This document shows, in pieces, positions 52,716-64,000 of a stretch of 64,000 nucleotides of DNA; position 1 is the first letter of the stretch; each line of letters begins with the position of its first letter. The notes under the pieces were generated by a model. It was not told the DNA's origin. It saw only the letters and a program-made list of their open reading frames with translations, and made no database searches. The stretch comes from Flavobacteriales bacterium (lineage in GTDB: Bacteria; Bacteroidota; Bacteroidia; Flavobacteriales; Blattabacteriaceae), in assembly GCA_039954875.1 (NCBI GenBank), contig CP157202.1:552762-616761 (forward strand). The letters run 5' to 3'. The position numbers and the translations under genes were made by a program.

Positions 52716-53711
52716 TTATTTCTTCTCCAAATTGTATTGTGAAAGATCCATTCCAAAATATATACCTACATTATTCATTTCTACTTCGAGCTCATCTAAG
52801 GATTTACGTCCAAAATTTCTCACTTTCAGCATGGTATTTTTGTCGTAAGATACTAAATCAGCCCAGGTTTCTATCTCAGCAGACTGCAAGCAGTTCAACG
52901 TCCGCCTGGATAAACCTTCCATATCAGCTAATTTAGTTTTTAATATTTGATGCATGCGTAAAAATCCTTCGTTGTATTTTTCATTTCTTTTGGTCTCGTC
53001 CGCACTGATAGCAATACGTTCATCTGAAAAGAATACAAAATGTTGAATTAAAATCTTAGAAGCTTCTGTTAATGCTTCTTTTGGATGAATGGAGCCGTCT
53101 GTTTTTATTTCTAACAAAAGACTCTCAAAATCAGTTTTCTGTCCTACGCGACAGTTTTCTATGGTATATCGGACATTTTTGATCGGTGTATATATCGCAT
53201 CAATGGCTATAGTCTCCATCAAAGCATTTTCTTTTTTATTTTCTTCTGCAGGTACATAACCTCTACCTTTATCAATAGTGAATGTGATGTGTAAGGGTAC
53301 AGATTTATCTTTATTACAGATGACTAAATCTGGATTTAATACTTGAAATGCCGAGGCAAATTTAGCTAAATCTCCCGCAGTTACTTGTTCTCGATCTGTG
53401 ACATTTGCTGTGATGGTTTCTTTATCTGTATCCTCTATTTGTCTTTTGAAACGAATTTTTTTAAAATTTAAGACAATCTCAGTGACATCTTCTACCACTC
53501 CCTTTATTGTAGAAAATTCGTGTTCTATACCTTCTATCCTAATAGAAGTGATGGCAAAGCCTTCCAAAGATGACAAAAGGACGCGCCTCAATGCATTGCC
53601 TAGGGTCACTCCAAAGCCTGGCTCCAAGGGCTTCACTTGAAATAAACCCATATCGTTAGTATAGTCCAACATCACGGCACGCTCGGGTTTTATAAAATTT
53701 AAAATCTCCAT
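52716..53711 (-). CDS. rpoA: DNA-directed RNA polymerase subunit alpha
   Basis: 331 aa. N-terminal assembly domain ([11 protein letters not shown]) and the alpha-CTD ([11 protein letters not shown]). Confidence 0.96.
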   Translation of the reverse strand: MEILNFIKPERAVMLDYTNDMGLFQVKPLEPGFGVTLGNALRRVLLSSLEGFAITSIRIEGIEHEFSTIKGVVEDVTEIVLNFKKIRFKRQIEDTDKETITANVTDREQVTAGDLAKFASAFQVLNPDLVICNKDKSVPLHITFTIDKGRGYVPAEENKKENALMETIAIDAIYTPIKNVRYTIENCRVGQKTDFESLLLEIKTDGSIHPKEALTEASKILIQHFVFFSDERIAISADETKRNEKYNEGFLRMHQILKTKLADMEGLSRRTLNCLQSAEIETWADLVSYDKNTMLKVRNFGRKSLDELEVEMNNVGIYFGMDLSQYNLEKK

Positions 53712-53729
53712 ATCTGTTGATATTTTTTA

Positions 53730-54335
53730 TTACTTGGAATACAATTCAACAATCAACTGTTCTTTGATATTTTCAGGGATTTGTAATCTTTCGGGTAGTG
53801 CTTGAAACGTACCGGTCATTCGATCACTATTCCAAATCAGCCAGTCTTTCGGAGTGCTTGTTTTTGTATTCAACGTTTCTTGGATAGCTTTATGGTTTTT
53901 AGATTTTTCCCTTACGCCTATTACATCTCCTGGTTTGAGTGTACAAGAGGGAATATTCACAATTTTCCCATTTACTGTGATGTGCCGATGCGAAACGAGT
54001 TGACGAGCCGCCGGACGTGAAGGGGCTAACTTTAGTCTATAAACTACATTATCTAAACGAGATTCGCACAATTGTAAAAGCAATTCGCCGGTGATCCCTT
54101 TCTTTCTCGAAGCCTCACGAAACATTTTGATAAATTGACGCTCTAAAATACCGTAGCTATACTTAACTTTTTGCTTTTCAGCTAATTGAATAGAATATCC
54201 TGAACGTTTTTTTCTACGATACGCACTACCATGTTGACCGGGTGTATATTTTTTACGATCCATAGGTTTGCTGCTGAATATGAGTTCTCCAAACCTACGT
54301 TCGATTTTTCTTTTTGGCCCTGTATATCTTGCCAT
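53730..54335 (-). CDS. rpsD: 30S ribosomal protein S4
   Basis: 201 aa. [16 protein letters not shown]... with an S4 RNA-binding domain. Confidence 0.96.
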   Translation of the reverse strand: MARYTGPKRKIERRFGELIFSSKPMDRKKYTPGQHGSAYRRKKRSGYSIQLAEKQKVKYSYGILERQFIKMFREASRKKGITGELLLQLCESRLDNVVYRLKLAPSRPAARQLVSHRHITVNGKIVNIPSCTLKPGDVIGVREKSKNHKAIQETLNTKTSTPKDWLIWNSDRMTGTFQALPERLQIPENIKEQLIVELYSK

Positions 54336-54357
54336 AAATGATTTTTTAAAAAAAAAA

Positions 54358-54744
54358 TTAAACTCTTCTTCTTTTAGGAGGGCGGCAACCGTTATGGGGT
54401 AGGGGGGTAACGTCTTTGATGACGATCACTTGAATGCCTGCATTGTTCAAGCTACGTATGGCAGCATCTCTACCGGCACCAGGTCCTTTTACCCATACAT
54501 CAACTTTTTTTATACCAGCATTCAAACCCTCTTTAGCCACGCTTTCGGCTGCTACTTGGGCTGCATAAGGGGTGTTTTTCTTAGATCCTCTAAAACCCAT
54601 CTTTCCTGCTGATGACCAGGCAACAACTTCACCTTTTTTATTGGTCAGTGTGATGATAATATTGTTAAAAGTAGAACTGATATGAGCTTCTCCTATAGGA
54701 TCGACGATAACTTTCCTTTTATTTACTACTGTTGTCTTTGCCAT
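54358..54744 (-). CDS. rpsK: 30S ribosomal protein S11
   Basis: 128 aa. Ends ...[18 protein letters not shown]. Confidence 0.96.
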   Translation of the reverse strand: MAKTTVVNKRKVIVDPIGEAHISSTFNNIIITLTNKKGEVVAWSSAGKMGFRGSKKNTPYAAQVAAESVAKEGLNAGIKKVDVWVKGPGAGRDAAIRSLNNAGIQVIVIKDVTPLPHNGCRPPKRRRV

Positions 54745-54752
54745 AATGTGAA

Positions 54753-55130
54753 TTATTTAGTCGCCTTCTTCTTATTGGCTACGGTTTTTCTTTTACCTTT
54801 TCGAGTACGGCAGTTGTTTTTGGTTTTCTGCCCCCTCAAAGGTAAACCAATCCTATGCCGTATACCTCTATAACATCCAATATCCATCAAACGTTTGATG
54901 TTTAATTGCAACTGGGAACGTAGCTCTCCTTCTACTTTCAATGTGTCTGAAATACATTTTCTAATGCGATTGATCTCTTCATCAGACCAGTCTTGTACTT
55001 TGATATTCTCATTGACATTGATACTAGTCAAAACCTTTCTGGCTGTACTTTTACCTATACCATAGATTGCCGTAAGGCCTATGATACCTCGTTTATTTTT
55101 TGGAAGATCTATACCTGAAATTCTAGCCAT
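54753..55130 (-). CDS. rpsM: 30S ribosomal protein S13
   Basis: 125 aa. [15 protein letters not shown]... Confidence 0.96.
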   Translation of the reverse strand: MARISGIDLPKNKRGIIGLTAIYGIGKSTARKVLTSINVNENIKVQDWSDEEINRIRKCISDTLKVEGELRSQLQLNIKRLMDIGCYRGIRHRIGLPLRGQKTKNNCRTRKGKRKTVANKKKATK

Positions 55131-55133
55131 ATA

Positions 55134-55250
55134 TCAACCTTGTTTTTGTTTAAACTTTGGGTTTTTCTTATTGATGACGTAAAGACGTCCCTTACGTCTC
55201 ACAAATTTACAACCATCACTTCTTTTCTTTATGGATGCTCTTACTTTCAT
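55134..55250 (-). CDS. rpmJ: 50S ribosomal protein L36 (Cys-poor type)
   Basis: Not in the ORF track (38 aa). The minus strand reads [38 protein letters not shown], located between infA and rpsM. Confidence 0.9.
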   Translation of the reverse strand: MKVRASIKKRSDGCKFVRRKGRLYVINKKNPKFKQKQG

Positions 55251-55259
55251 AGGGTAATT

Positions 55260-55475
55260 TTAATATCTATATACAATTCTACCTCGGCTTAAGTCATAAG
55301 AAGACATTACCAAACGGACCTTATCTCCTTTCAACAATTTGATGAAATTCATTCTCATCTTTCCACCTATGTGAGCCGTAACTATATAACCATTTTCCAA
55401 TTCAACACGAAATATGGCATTAGGCAATTGCTCAATAATGACTCCATCTACTTCGATATGTGCTTCTTTGGACAT
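55260..55475 (-). CDS. infA: Translation initiation factor IF-1
   Basis: 71 aa. S1-like fold, with ...[16 protein letters not shown]...[13 protein letters not shown]. Confidence 0.96.
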   Translation of the reverse strand: MSKEAHIEVDGVIIEQLPNAIFRVELENGYIVTAHIGGKMRMNFIKLLKGDKVRLVMSSYDLSRGRIVYRY

Positions 55476-55478
55476 AAT

Positions 55479-56870
55479 TTATACTAAGTTTTTAGAAGAT
55501 CTCTGGTTTTGCATTAGTCCATCGTAATGATGATTCAACAAATAGGTATCGACTTGTTGGATTGTATCTAAGACCACACCTACTACTATAAGCAATGAAG
55601 TGCCCCCATAAAACAATGCAAAACCTTGCGTGACACCGATCTGAACGATCAAAGATGGTAATATAGCTATTATTGTCAACAAAATAGATCCTGGAAGAGT
55701 GATCTTTGAGAGGATATCATCTAAAAAATCCGCGGTCTCTTTCCCGGGTTTGATTCTGGGAATATGACCACCATTTCGCTTAAGGTCATCTGCCATTTGA
55801 TTGACTGGAATAGCAACAGCTGTATAGAAAAATGTAAACATTATGATGAGCACGGCAAATACCAAATTGTACCAAAAGCCGTAGATGTTTTGAAAGATTT
55901 CTATCATATATTTTAGCTTTTCGTTGCCGACATATATCAACAAGGTTACAGGCAACAACATGATGGCTTGCGCAAAAATGATAGGCATAACTCCTGCTGC
56001 TATTACCTTCAATGGGATGTATTGACGTACGGCATTAGTCATAGAACGGATATAACTACTACTTTCTGTATTGACTTGTGCCCGACGGACGTACTGTACC
56101 GGAACCCGCCTGACTGCCTGAATGATAAGTATACAAAACAAGATAACTAATAACCACAATAAACCTTCAAAAAATAAAAAGATTAAACCACCATGGGCTA
56201 CTTCTAAACGGCTGACTACTTCGGCGGCAATGGCATCAGGGAAACGTGCCACAATACCGGTCATAATTATCAAAGATACTCCATTACCTATTCCTTTATC
56301 AGTGATCTTCTCGCCCAACCACATGGTGAATAAGGTCCCCGCAGTCAATACAACGATGGAAACAGTCCAGAACAAAAGCCTCCCTACTGTACTACTAATG
56401 TCAATAAGATATGCTTCAGAAACCGACGAAAAAGGGATGAATTGTGTAGTGAGTGCTGTGAGATAAGCTGGAGCTTGTACCAAACAAATCCCTATAGTCA
56501 AACACCGTGTCATACGATTGATCTGTCTGCGGCCACTCTCACCGTCTTTTTGTAACCTCTGCAAATAAGGTAAAGCCAAGCCCATCAATTGCACAACGAT
56601 AGAGGCCGATATATAAGGCATAATACCTAAGGCCAAAACAGAAGCCCTATTAAAAGCCCCTCCGGTAAACGAGGAAAGAATTTGCATCAATCCTTTGGCA
56701 CCTGGATTTATATTAGCCATAAAATCGCTAATCGCTTGAGGATCTATCCCTGGCAAGGGGATATAGGCGCCAAACCGGTACACTAATAAAAAGCCTAAAG
56801 TAACCCCTATTTTAAGGCGTAATTCTTTAATGCCCCAGATATTATAAATCGTTTTAAATAGGCCATTCAT
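55479..56870 (-). CDS. secY: Preprotein translocase subunit SecY
   Basis: 463 aa, 10-TM pattern. Contains ALGIMPYISASIVVQL. Confidence 0.96.
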   Translation of the reverse strand: MNGLFKTIYNIWGIKELRLKIGVTLGFLLVYRFGAYIPLPGIDPQAISDFMANINPGAKGLMQILSSFTGGAFNRASVLALGIMPYISASIVVQLMGLALPYLQRLQKDGESGRRQINRMTRCLTIGICLVQAPAYLTALTTQFIPFSSVSEAYLIDISSTVGRLLFWTVSIVVLTAGTLFTMWLGEKITDKGIGNGVSLIIMTGIVARFPDAIAAEVVSRLEVAHGGLIFLFFEGLLWLLVILFCILIIQAVRRVPVQYVRRAQVNTESSSYIRSMTNAVRQYIPLKVIAAGVMPIIFAQAIMLLPVTLLIYVGNEKLKYMIEIFQNIYGFWYNLVFAVLIIMFTFFYTAVAIPVNQMADDLKRNGGHIPRIKPGKETADFLDDILSKITLPGSILLTIIAILPSLIVQIGVTQGFALFYGGTSLLIVVGVVLDTIQQVDTYLLNHHYDGLMQNQRSSKNLV

Positions 56871-56880
56871 TCAAAAAGAC

Positions 56881-57336
56881 TTATAAGGTTATGATTTCTC
56901 CGCCAGCCCTTTGAATAGCTTCAGCAGCGGTTTTACTAAACTTGTGGGCTATGACTTTCAATTTTACATTTAACTCACCTCGGCCCAAAATCTTCACCAG
57001 ATTATTTTTTCCTATAAGACCGTTGGCCGACAAGAAATCTCTATCTACAACAACCTCATTAAACTTTCCTGCATCAGACAAGGATTGCAAAGTATCTAGG
57101 TTGATACCGACATATTCTTTACGATGTGGATTTTTAAACCCCATTTTGGGTATACGACGTTGCAAGGGCATCTGACCGCCTTCAAAACCCAACTTTTTGG
57201 TATTACCCGAACGAGACTTTGCTCCTTTATGTCCGCGAGTACAAGTCCCCCCTTTACCTGAGGCTTGCCCTCTACCCAAACGTTTTTTATGTTTTATAGC
57301 ACCTGTTGCCGGACTCAAATTGCCTAATCTCATCAT
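56881..57336 (-). CDS. rplO: 50S ribosomal protein L15
   Basis: 151 aa. Contains LGRGQASGKGGTCTRGHKG. Confidence 0.95.
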   Translation of the reverse strand: MMRLGNLSPATGAIKHKKRLGRGQASGKGGTCTRGHKGAKSRSGNTKKLGFEGGQMPLQRRIPKMGFKNPHRKEYVGINLDTLQSLSDAGKFNEVVVDRDFLSANGLIGKNNLVKILGRGELNVKLKVIAHKFSKTAAEAIQRAGGEIITL

Positions 57337-57337
57337 T

Positions 57338-57528
57338 TCAAATTTCTTCTATTTTTAATAAATGAGCTACCATACTTATTACACCTAAGATTTGTGGACT
57401 GACTTTGTGCCTGACTTCTTGATTGATCTTCTTCAGTCCTAAGCACACAAAGAGTCGATTTTTGTACTTTATGGTAGTCGATAGCATTTCTTATTTGTTT
57501 CAATAGAATTATCTTTATTATCGCTCAT
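57338..57528 (-). pseudogene. rpmD: 50S ribosomal protein L30, split over three reading frames
   Basis: ATG at 57528 opens MSDNKDN... and stops after 19 codons. The second frame reads IIKIILLKQIRNAIDYHKVQKSTLCVL (L30 N-terminal consensus). The third frame reads GLKKINQEVRHKVSPQILGVISMVAHLLKIEEI*, stopping 1 nt before the rplO ATG. The ATG-to-stop length is 191 nt, not a multiple of 3. Confidence 0.65.
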
Positions 57529-57539
57529 CTTATCACATT

Positions 57540-58061
57540 CTATCCTTTAAATAATTTATCTATAGAAATTCCTCTTTCTCTGGCTATTATATCTTCACTT
57601 CTCAGACTTATCAAGGCTATTATAGTGGCTTTGACTACATTATGGGGATTGGACGAACCTTTTGATTTGGATAATACATTTGGTACTCCTGCAAGCTCTA
57701 ATACAGCACGCATTGATCCACCGGCAAGTACACCGGTACCTTCGGAAGCTGGACGGATGAAAACACGTGCACCGCCAAACTTACTTTCTTGTTCGTGAGG
57801 GATGGTCCTTTTTGATATATGTACTCGAACCAGATTCTTTTTAGCTTGCTCACCTGCTTTATAAATAGCATCAGGTGCTTCTTTAGATTTACCAAATCCA
57901 AATCCCACTACTCCATTTTCATCTCCTTTGACTACAACAGCACTGAAACTAAAATATCGTCTTCCTTTAGTGACTTTGCATACCCTCTTCATGGCAACCA
58001 GACGTTCTTTCAATTCTAAACCACCCGGTCTAACTCTCTCTACCTTTTTGAATCCTAACAT
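57540..58061 (-). CDS. rpsE: 30S ribosomal protein S5
   Basis: 173 aa. Contains [22 protein letters not shown]. Confidence 0.96.
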   Translation of the reverse strand: MLGFKKVERVRPGGLELKERLVAMKRVCKVTKGRRYFSFSAVVVKGDENGVVGFGFGKSKEAPDAIYKAGEQAKKNLVRVHISKRTIPHEQESKFGGARVFIRPASEGTGVLAGGSMRAVLELAGVPNVLSKSKGSSNPHNVVKATIIALISLRSEDIIARERGISIDKLFKG

Positions 58062-58071
58062 ATCGTTTTTC

Positions 58072-58428
58072 TTAGAATTTTAATCCTATTTCTCGCGCAC
58101 CTTCAGCCAAAGATTTGACCCTCCCATGATATAAGTATCCACTCCGATCAAAAACTACTTGTGCTATACCAGCTTGCTTAGCTTTTTTGGCTAAACGCTT
58201 ACCAACTTCAGTAGCTACAATTGTTTTAGTCGCTTTATCGATGGTAATGCCTTTTTCTTTTGAAGAGGCAGAAACCAATGTGATGCCTTTAGTATCATCT
58301 ATGACCTGGGCATAGATCTCTTTATTGCTTTTGAAAATGGATATCCTTGGTCTCCCTGCAACGCCAAATATTTTCTTATGAACCCTAAATTTTATTTTCG
58401 TTCTCCTTTCGTTTTTTGTTAAGCTCAT
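58072..58428 (-). CDS. rplR: 50S ribosomal protein L18
   Basis: 118 aa. Contains ...[27 protein letters not shown]. Confidence 0.96.
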   Translation of the reverse strand: MSLTKNERRTKIKFRVHKKIFGVAGRPRISIFKSNKEIYAQVIDDTKGITLVSASSKEKGITIDKATKTIVATEVGKRLAKKAKQAGIAQVVFDRSGYLYHGRVKSLAEGAREIGLKF

Positions 58429-58439
58429 TTTATCAATAT

Positions 58440-58985
58440 TTAAGCGGACTTACCTGCTTTTCTCCGAACTATTTCACCTATATATCTCACGCCTTTGCCT
58501 TTATAAGGTTCAGGCTTTCTAAAAGAACGGATCTTAGCCGCAACCATTCCCAAGAGTTGTTTGTCACAAGACTTTAAAATGATCAATGAGTTTTTTCCTT
58601 TCTCGGTCTTGGTTTCTACTTTGACTTCTCTAGGGCATTGCATGATAATATTATGAGAAAAACCTAGGTTTAATTCCAATATCTGATCGTTATTAGAAGC
58701 ACGATACCCTACTCCTATCAATTCTAATTCTCTAGTAAAACCAACTGTGACTCCCACTATCATGTTGTGGATAAGCATGCGGTATAAACCGTGAAAGGAG
58801 CGATCTTCTTTACGCTCCGAAGGTCGTTTGACGAGTAGTTGCCTTTCTTGGATTTCTACTTGAATACTTCCATTAATTTTCTGAAACAATTCACCTAAAG
58901 GTCCCTTTACTAGAGCTTTTTTGTTTTGCATTTTTACAACAACCCCTTTAGGGATAAATATGGGGACTTTACCAATTCTAGACAT
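58440..58985 (-). CDS. rplF: 50S ribosomal protein L6
   Basis: 181 aa. MSRIGKVPI... Confidence 0.96.
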   Translation of the reverse strand: MSRIGKVPIFIPKGVVVKMQNKKALVKGPLGELFQKINGSIQVEIQERQLLVKRPSERKEDRSFHGLYRMLIHNMIVGVTVGFTRELELIGVGYRASNNDQILELNLGFSHNIIMQCPREVKVETKTEKGKNSLIILKSCDKQLLGMVAAKIRSFRKPEPYKGKGVRYIGEIVRRKAGKSA

Positions 58986-58995
58986 AACTCAACTT

Positions 58996-59397
58996 TTAAT
59001 AAACGTAACACAATACTTCGCCTCCGACATTGCTTTTTCGGGCTTGTTTATCGGTCATCACTCCTTGGGAGGTAGATAGGATCGCGATCCCAAGCCCATT
59101 CAATACTCTAGGCAATTCTCTAGCACTACAATACTTTCTTAAACCCGGCTTACTTGTACGTTTAATGGATTTGATGACAGAGGTATGAGTGATGCGATCA
59201 TATTTCAACGCGATTTTAATTTGACCTTGTATACCTTTATCTTCCTCAAATTTATAATTCAAAATATAACCATTATTAAATAATATTTTGGTCATCTCTT
59301 TTTTCAGATTAGAAGCTGGAATTTCTACAGTACGATGCCCTACACGAGAAGCATTGCGGATACGTGTTAGGTAGTCGGCTATTGGATCTGTATTCAT
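58996..59397 (-). CDS. rpsH: 30S ribosomal protein S8
   Basis: 133 aa. Contains [13 protein letters not shown]. Confidence 0.96.
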   Translation of the reverse strand: MNTDPIADYLTRIRNASRVGHRTVEIPASNLKKEMTKILFNNGYILNYKFEEDKGIQGQIKIALKYDRITHTSVIKSIKRTSKPGLRKYCSARELPRVLNGLGIAILSTSQGVMTDKQARKSNVGGEVLCYVY

Positions 59398-59428
59398 AAT
59401 TTCTTTTATATTCTTAAAACCTTAGATT

Positions 59429-59698
59429 TTACCAACTGGATTTTCTTACACCTGGGATGTAGCCTTGAGATGCCAATTCTCTAAATTTTATCCGTGAGAT
59501 ACCATACAAACGCATATACCCTTTGGGTCTACCGGTGAGGGTACACCTATTGTGTAAACGTACAGGTGAAGCGTTTTTAGGTAATAGTTGTAAGGTTTCA
59601 TAGTCACCACTTTCTTTAAGGGCTTTTCGTTTTTTGGCATATTTCTGTACAAGCCTTTCTCTTTTTCTTTGTCGCGCTTTTACTGATTCTTTGGCCAT
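59429..59698 (-). CDS. rpsN: 30S ribosomal protein S14 (long, non-zinc type)
   Basis: 89 aa. [14 protein letters not shown]...RNRC..TGRPKGY... Confidence 0.95.
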   Translation of the reverse strand: MAKESVKARQRKRERLVQKYAKKRKALKESGDYETLQLLPKNASPVRLHNRCTLTGRPKGYMRLYGISRIKFRELASQGYIPGVRKSSW

Positions 59699-60252
59699 GG
59701 ATTATTTTTTTTAAATGGTAAACCGAATTGTGTCAAAAGGAATTTGGCCTCTTTATCGGTTTTGGCAGAGGTAACAAAACTGATGTTCATACCTGAAATT
59801 TTTTTCACTTGATCGATATCCAATTCAGGAAATATAATTTGTTCGGTGATGCCCATATTATAATTACCACTTCCATCGAAACCAGTGAACTTGACCCCAT
59901 TGAAATCCCTTACCCTGGGTAAGGCTACCGTGATCAATCGATCTAAAAATTCATACATTTTATTTTGACGCAGGGTTACCTTGCAACCTATGGGCATGTT
60001 TCTTCGTAATTTGAAACCTGCCTCGTCTTGTTTAGATAGGCAAGGAATGGCTTTTTGTCCAGTAATCGCTGTGAGATCTGCAACAGCATAATCGCCTAGC
60101 TTTTTATCTGCTACGGCAGCGCCGACACCTTGACTTACAACAATTTTTTTTAATTTGGGGACTTGCATGACCGAACGATATCCGAATTCCCTCATCAACA
60201 CAGGAATTATATTTTCTAGATATGATTTTTTAGGTCTTGGTAAAAATGTCAT
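59680..60252 (-). CDS. rplE: 50S ribosomal protein L5 (with short C-terminal read-through into rpsN)
   Basis: 190 aa. After the usual ...FGLPFKK end, the ORF continues as NNPWPKNQ* and overlaps rpsN by 19 nt. The extension starts at an A8 run (59705-59712 on the + strand). Confidence 0.94.
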   Translation of the reverse strand: MTFLPRPKKSYLENIIPVLMREFGYRSVMQVPKLKKIVVSQGVGAAVADKKLGDYAVADLTAITGQKAIPCLSKQDEAGFKLRRNMPIGCKVTLRQNKMYEFLDRLITVALPRVRDFNGVKFTGFDGSGNYNMGITEQIIFPELDIDQVKKISGMNISFVTSAKTDKEAKFLLTQFGLPFKKNNPWPKNQ

Positions 60253-60593
60253 GACGTTTTTCGATTTTTCACAATATCTTTTAATACTTCTCCTGATCTT
60301 TTGGTCAGACGAATTTTTTTTCCATCTTTTATATGAAATCCTACCCGCGTGGGTTTTCCATCTTTAGGGTCTATAATGGCTAGATTGGAAATATGCAATG
60401 GGGCTTCTTTTTCTATGATACCACCTTGAGGTTTAGCTGCGGTAGGTTTAATATGTTTTTTAACTAAGTTTACTCCACTGACAACAGCTCTGTTCTTCTT
60501 GGGAAGGACTTTCAGAATGGTACATTTACTTCCTTTATGATTTCCTGACAAAACGATGACTTCATCTCCTGTCTTGATCTTCAACTTTGTCAT
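60249..60593 (-). CDS. rplX: 50S ribosomal protein L24
   Basis: 114 aa. KOW motif [15 protein letters not shown]. Confidence 0.95.
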   Translation of the reverse strand: MTKLKIKTGDEVIVLSGNHKGSKCTILKVLPKKNRAVVSGVNLVKKHIKPTAAKPQGGIIEKEAPLHISNLAIIDPKDGKPTRVGFHIKDGKKIRLTKRSGEVLKDIVKNRKTS

Positions 60594-60604
60594 AATCTTA
60601 AAAT

Positions 60605-60973
60605 TTAAAGTACTTCGGAGGCTAATGAAACAATTTTCATATACTCCCTTTCTCGCAATTCTCTAGCTACTGGTCCAAATACTCGCGTACCGCGCATCTC
60701 TCCGGTTGCGTTGAGCAATATGCAAGCGTTGTCATCAAACCCAATATATGAACCATCTTTGCGGCGATTTTTTTTCTTAGTCCTAATGACAACTGCTTTA
60801 GAAACTTGGCCTTTTTTAATATTCCCTCTAGGGACGGCTTCTTTTACAGAAACTATAATGGGATCACCCACTGATGCGTATCGCTTTTTAGTCCCTCCAA
60901 GTACACGTATAAGCAATACCTCTTTGGCACCCGTATTGTCCGCTACCCTAAGTCTGGATTCTTGCTGTAACAT
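60605..60973 (-). CDS. rplN: 50S ribosomal protein L14
   Basis: 122 aa. [18 protein letters not shown]... Confidence 0.96.
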   Translation of the reverse strand: MLQQESRLRVADNTGAKEVLLIRVLGGTKKRYASVGDPIIVSVKEAVPRGNIKKGQVSKAVVIRTKKKNRRKDGSYIGFDDNACILLNATGEMRGTRVFGPVARELREREYMKIVSLASEVL

Positions 60974-60974
60974 A

Positions 60975-61229
60975 TTATTTAGCTCTTTGTTCGATATGTA
61001 CCAATCTCCAACATTTATTTTTACTTAAGGGACGGGTCTCCATAATCTTAACTTGATCTCCTTCATTGGAGCTGTTTTCTTCGTCATGTGCAACGTAATT
61101 CTTAGTTTTCAAAACGGATTTACCATAACGTGGATGTTTGATACGTTTAGTTTCAGTAACTACTATGGTTTTATTCATTTTATTGCTGGTAACCACACCG
61201 ATTCTTTCTCTTCTAGAATTTCTTTTCAT
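60975..61229 (-). CDS. rpsQ: 30S ribosomal protein S17
   Basis: 84 aa. Contains [14 protein letters not shown]...HPRYGK. Confidence 0.95.
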   Translation of the reverse strand: MKRNSRRERIGVVTSNKMNKTIVVTETKRIKHPRYGKSVLKTKNYVAHDEENSSNEGDQVKIMETRPLSKNKCWRLVHIEQRAK

Positions 61230-61240
61230 AATGAATCAGA

Positions 61241-61438
61241 TCAACTACCCCTCATGTTTTTTTGATGCAATATAGTTGTAAAACGTGCGATATCTCTCCT
61301 AGTATACCTGAGGTCAATAGGATTTTTTAAAGGCATTATATGATGATCAAATCTCATTTGTTGATATTTCCTTTTTTGGATCTCCAAAGTATTTTGGATC
61401 TGTTCAATAGAGTGTGTCCTAATTTCAGATGCTTTCAT
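61241..61438 (-). CDS. rpmC: 50S ribosomal protein L29
   Basis: 65 aa, located between rplP and rpsQ with L29-like helical sequence. Confidence 0.9.
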   Translation of the reverse strand: MKASEIRTHSIEQIQNTLEIQKRKYQQMRFDHHIMPLKNPIDLRYTRRDIARFTTILHQKNMRGS

Positions 61439-61453
61439 TTCAGATAAAAATAT

Positions 61454-61873
61454 TTAATTATTCAAATCATTAGCTATAATGAACTTGGTTCTTACCGGCA
61501 ATTTCTGAGCAGCTAAACGTAAGGCTTTTTTTGCTATTTCTGGCTCAACCCCATCGATTTCAAACAAGATTCGCCCAGGCTTGACTACTGCCACCCAATA
61601 CTCTACGGCACCTTTCCCTTTACCCATACGAACTTCTTGCGGCTTCTTAGTGGCTGGCTTATCGGGAAATATTTTTATCCACAACTGTCCTTCTCTTTTC
61701 ATATAGCGAGTTGCCGCAATGCGTGCAGCTTCTAGTTGACGCGCCGTAAGCCATGCCGAATCTAGTGTCTTGATACCAAAGCTACCAAAACTGAGTTTCG
61801 TACCTCTTGTGGCGTTGCCTTTCATTCGGCCTTTTTGTTGCTTGTTGTATTTGGTTCTTTTAGGTTGTAACAT
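61454..61873 (-). CDS. rplP: 50S ribosomal protein L16
   Basis: 139 aa. [19 protein letters not shown]... Confidence 0.96.
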   Translation of the reverse strand: MLQPKRTKYNKQQKGRMKGNATRGTKLSFGSFGIKTLDSAWLTARQLEAARIAATRYMKREGQLWIKIFPDKPATKKPQEVRMGKGKGAVEYWVAVVKPGRILFEIDGVEPEIAKKALRLAAQKLPVRTKFIIANDLNN

Positions 61874-61876
61874 GAC

Positions 61877-62623
61877 TTAAATCAATTCGTGTAATTTTTT
61901 TCTTTTCAGGTCGGTATTTGTATCGTTACGGCGTTTACCAGGACCCACTTTAGCAGGACCTTTTTGTTTCTTCTGCAAGCCAGCTAAAGGAGATAATTCT
62001 CTACTGCCATAGACTTCTCCTTTTTTGATCCATACCTTGACACCTATTCTTCCTGAAACGGTGTGTGCTTCGCTTGTAGCGTAGTCCACATCTACTCGAA
62101 AGGTAGATAGGGAAATGCTTCCCTCCTTGTAATGCTCTGTACGTGACATCTCTGCACCATTTAAACGACCAGAGACTTGTATTTTGATCCCTTCGGCATT
62201 CATACGAATAGCAGTCATGATGGCTTGTTTGATAGCTTTTTTATAGGAGACACGGCTTTCGATCTGACGTGCTATACTTTTGGCTACTAGGGGCGCATCT
62301 AGCTCGGGCCGCTTGATTTCTAATATATTGATCTGAACTTCATTTTTAGTGATTCTTTTCAACTCATTTTTAAGTTTATCTACTTCATCCCCCCCTTTGC
62401 CTATGACCAAAGCCGGACGAGAAGTAGTGAGTGTGATGGTGATAAATCTTAGCGTACGTTCTATATAAACTCGAGATACACCAGATTTGACCAAACGTGC
62501 GTCGATATATTGCCTGATGCGATGATCTTCCTCGATTCTTTGGCGGTAATCACCACACCAACTGGATTGCCATCCCATAATGTTACCCAAGCGGTTGGCG
62601 ATTGGATTCGTTTTTTGTCCCAT
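61877..62623 (-). CDS. rpsC: 30S ribosomal protein S3
   Basis: 248 aa. [13 protein letters not shown]... with a KH domain. Confidence 0.96.
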   Translation of the reverse strand: MGQKTNPIANRLGNIMGWQSSWCGDYRQRIEEDHRIRQYIDARLVKSGVSRVYIERTLRFITITLTTSRPALVIGKGGDEVDKLKNELKRITKNEVQINILEIKRPELDAPLVAKSIARQIESRVSYKKAIKQAIMTAIRMNAEGIKIQVSGRLNGAEMSRTEHYKEGSISLSTFRVDVDYATSEAHTVSGRIGVKVWIKKGEVYGSRELSPLAGLQKKQKGPAKVGPGKRRNDTNTDLKRKKLHELI

Positions 62624-62625
62624 GT

Positions 62626-63027
62626 TTAATCGTTCTTTCTACTTCCTATGTTAATTATTACATGATTGAATCGCTTTCTTATCCTATGTCCCCTACCCTG
62701 AGGAGCTGGTCGTAATCTCTTCAATGTACGGGCATTGTCTACTGTAACAGTTTTGATATATAAGTCTGCATCTTCTATGTCTTTGTTTTGATTTTTCCAC
62801 TGCCAATTGGCCAGCCCGGTCAATAAAAGTTTTTCAAGTGCATTGGAGGCTTCTTTTTTACTGTATTTCAGAACACCGAAAACTTGATCTACATTCATGT
62901 CACGAATTAGGTCTGCCATCAACCGCATTTTGCGTGGTGATGTAGGATGGTTTTGCAAGGAGACACATACCCACTGTTTTTTAGTTTGTTTGCGATGCTC
63001 AGCACTAAGCCTTTTTCTTGATCCCAT
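62626..63027 (-). CDS. rplV: 50S ribosomal protein L22
   Basis: The likely start [10 protein letters not shown] is at 63027; the ORF track extends to 63105 inside rpsS. Contains [13 protein letters not shown]. Confidence 0.93.
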   Translation of the reverse strand: MGSRKRLSAEHRKQTKKQWVCVSLQNHPTSPRKMRLMADLIRDMNVDQVFGVLKYSKKEASNALEKLLLTGLANWQWKNQNKDIEDADLYIKTVTVDNARTLKRLRPAPQGRGHRIRKRFNHVIINIGSRKND

Positions 63028-63046
63028 GGTAATTTGATCTGATTTT

Positions 63047-63325
63047 TTACTTCTTACCTTTGTTTTTCGAGCCCGCATGCCCACGAAATATGCGCGTAGG
63101 CGCAAATTCTCCTAATTTATGTCCCACCATATTTTCGGTGATATATACTGGGACATATTGTTTACCATTATATACCGCAAAAGTTTGACTTACAAATTCG
63201 GGAATGATCATTGATGCCCTCGACCAGGTTTTGATCACGGTTTTTTTACCTAATTTATTATTAGTAAGAACCTTCTCGCGTAATTTATAAAATACATATG
63301 GACCTTTTTTTAATGAGCGCGCCAT
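63047..63325 (-). CDS. rpsS: 30S ribosomal protein S19
   Basis: 92 aa. [11 protein letters not shown]...[11 protein letters not shown]. Confidence 0.96.
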   Translation of the reverse strand: MARSLKKGPYVFYKLREKVLTNNKLGKKTVIKTWSRASMIIPEFVSQTFAVYNGKQYVPVYITENMVGHKLGEFAPTRIFRGHAGSKNKGKK

Positions 63326-63337
63326 AATAAAAAATGA

Positions 63338-64000
63338 TTATTTTTTCCTATGTTCTACAATATATTTAGTCGATGCTTTTTTCTGTGCACGTGTTTTAAA
63401 ACCTTTAGCAGGTAGACCTTTTCTACTTCTGGGATGACCACCTGAAGCTCTACCTTCACCACCGCCCATAGGATGGTCTACTGGGTTCATTGCTACACCT
63501 CTCGTACGCGGTCTCCTTCCCAACCAACGATTTCTGCCAGCCTTACCTGATACTTCCAGTTGATGGTCTGCATTGGATACTGATCCTATAGTAGCCATAC
63601 AGCGGAGGAGGATCATTCTGGTCTCACCTGAAGGTAACTTGATTATGGCATATTTACCATCCCTGGCAAGTAACTGTGCATAAGAACCCGCACTACGTGC
63701 CATCACAGCTCCTTGACCAGGCCTAAGCTCTACACAAGAAATCACTGTGCCGAGAGGAATCTCACTTAGTCGCATCGCATGTCCTAAATTGGGGATTATT
63801 TTTTGGCCTGAAATGATCTGTTGACCTATTTTGAAACCATTTTGGGATATTATATAACGTTTCTCTCCATCTGCATAGTAGAGTAATGCGATAAACGAGG
63901 ATCTATTCGGATCGTATTCTATGGATTTTACTGTAGCAGGGATGCCAAATTTATCTCTTTTGTAATCGATGATTCTGTATTTCTTTTTGTGCCCGCCTCC
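63338..64000 (-). CDS. rplB: 50S ribosomal protein L2 (partial, N-terminus beyond the right edge)
   Basis: The frame is open from 63338 to the window end. Contains ...[26 protein letters not shown], and [13 protein letters not shown]. Confidence 0.95.
   Translation of the reverse strand, partial: GGGHKKKYRIIDYKRDKFGIPATVKSIEYDPNRSSFIALLYYADGEKRYIISQNGFKIGQQIISGQKIIPNLGHAMRLSEIPLGTVISCVELRPGQGAVMARSAGSYAQLLARDGKYAIIKLPSGETRMILLRCMATIGSVSNADHQLEVSGKAGRNRWLGRRPRTRGVAMNPVDHPMGGGEGRASGGHPRSRKGLPAKGFKTRAQKKASTKYIVEHRKK

Noticed and set aside
55476-55478. Absence of adk/map between secY and infA, which have a 3-nt spacer.
   Set aside because: To my recollection, a direct secY-infA junction, and eno soon after rplQ, are normal gene orders in some Bacteroidota lineages. 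This is probably ancestral rather than a deletion.

Overview
A 64-kb chromosomal window from an AT-rich member of Bacteroidota. Phylum-level support comes from a Cys-poor L36, the RNase Y / ZapA pair, DUF1573, YtxH, a LemA-TPM-TPM operon, and the order secY-infA-rpmJ...rpoA-rplQ-eno. The backbone is housekeeping: uvrB, guaA, tRNA-Arg(ACG), two phosphohexomutases, rplS, dnaB, accA, lpdA, rny, zapA, a fused 2-oxoacid dehydrogenase E1, ndk, pepD, valS, murB, lpxK, a purine nucleoside phosphorylase and eno. A ~12-kb block of the S10/spc/alpha ribosomal-protein operons on the minus strand runs off the right edge. Between these genes lie at least ten decaying genes whose homology is still readable across frameshifts and stops: purD, a DUF2807-like lipoprotein, an RCC1-repeat gene, an AmiD/AmpD-type amidase, an EamA/DMT transporter, TerC, an LpoB-like lipoprotein and its lipoprotein neighbour, a class I/II aminotransferase, and rpmD (L30). 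There are also several ORF-free, extremely AT-rich islands. Together this looks like ongoing genome reduction in a host-restricted lineage, which is an inference. I found no rRNA, no CRISPR array, no intact mobile element and no convincing novel multigene system. The most notable observations are a eukaryote-like RCC1-repeat gene remnant, a frameshifted rpmD inside an otherwise intact ribosomal operon, selective decay of envelope/peptidoglycan accessory genes, unusually long homopolymers inside essential genes, and a few structured or compositionally odd intergenic elements. All calls come from reading the ORF translations and the raw sequence; no database search was run.
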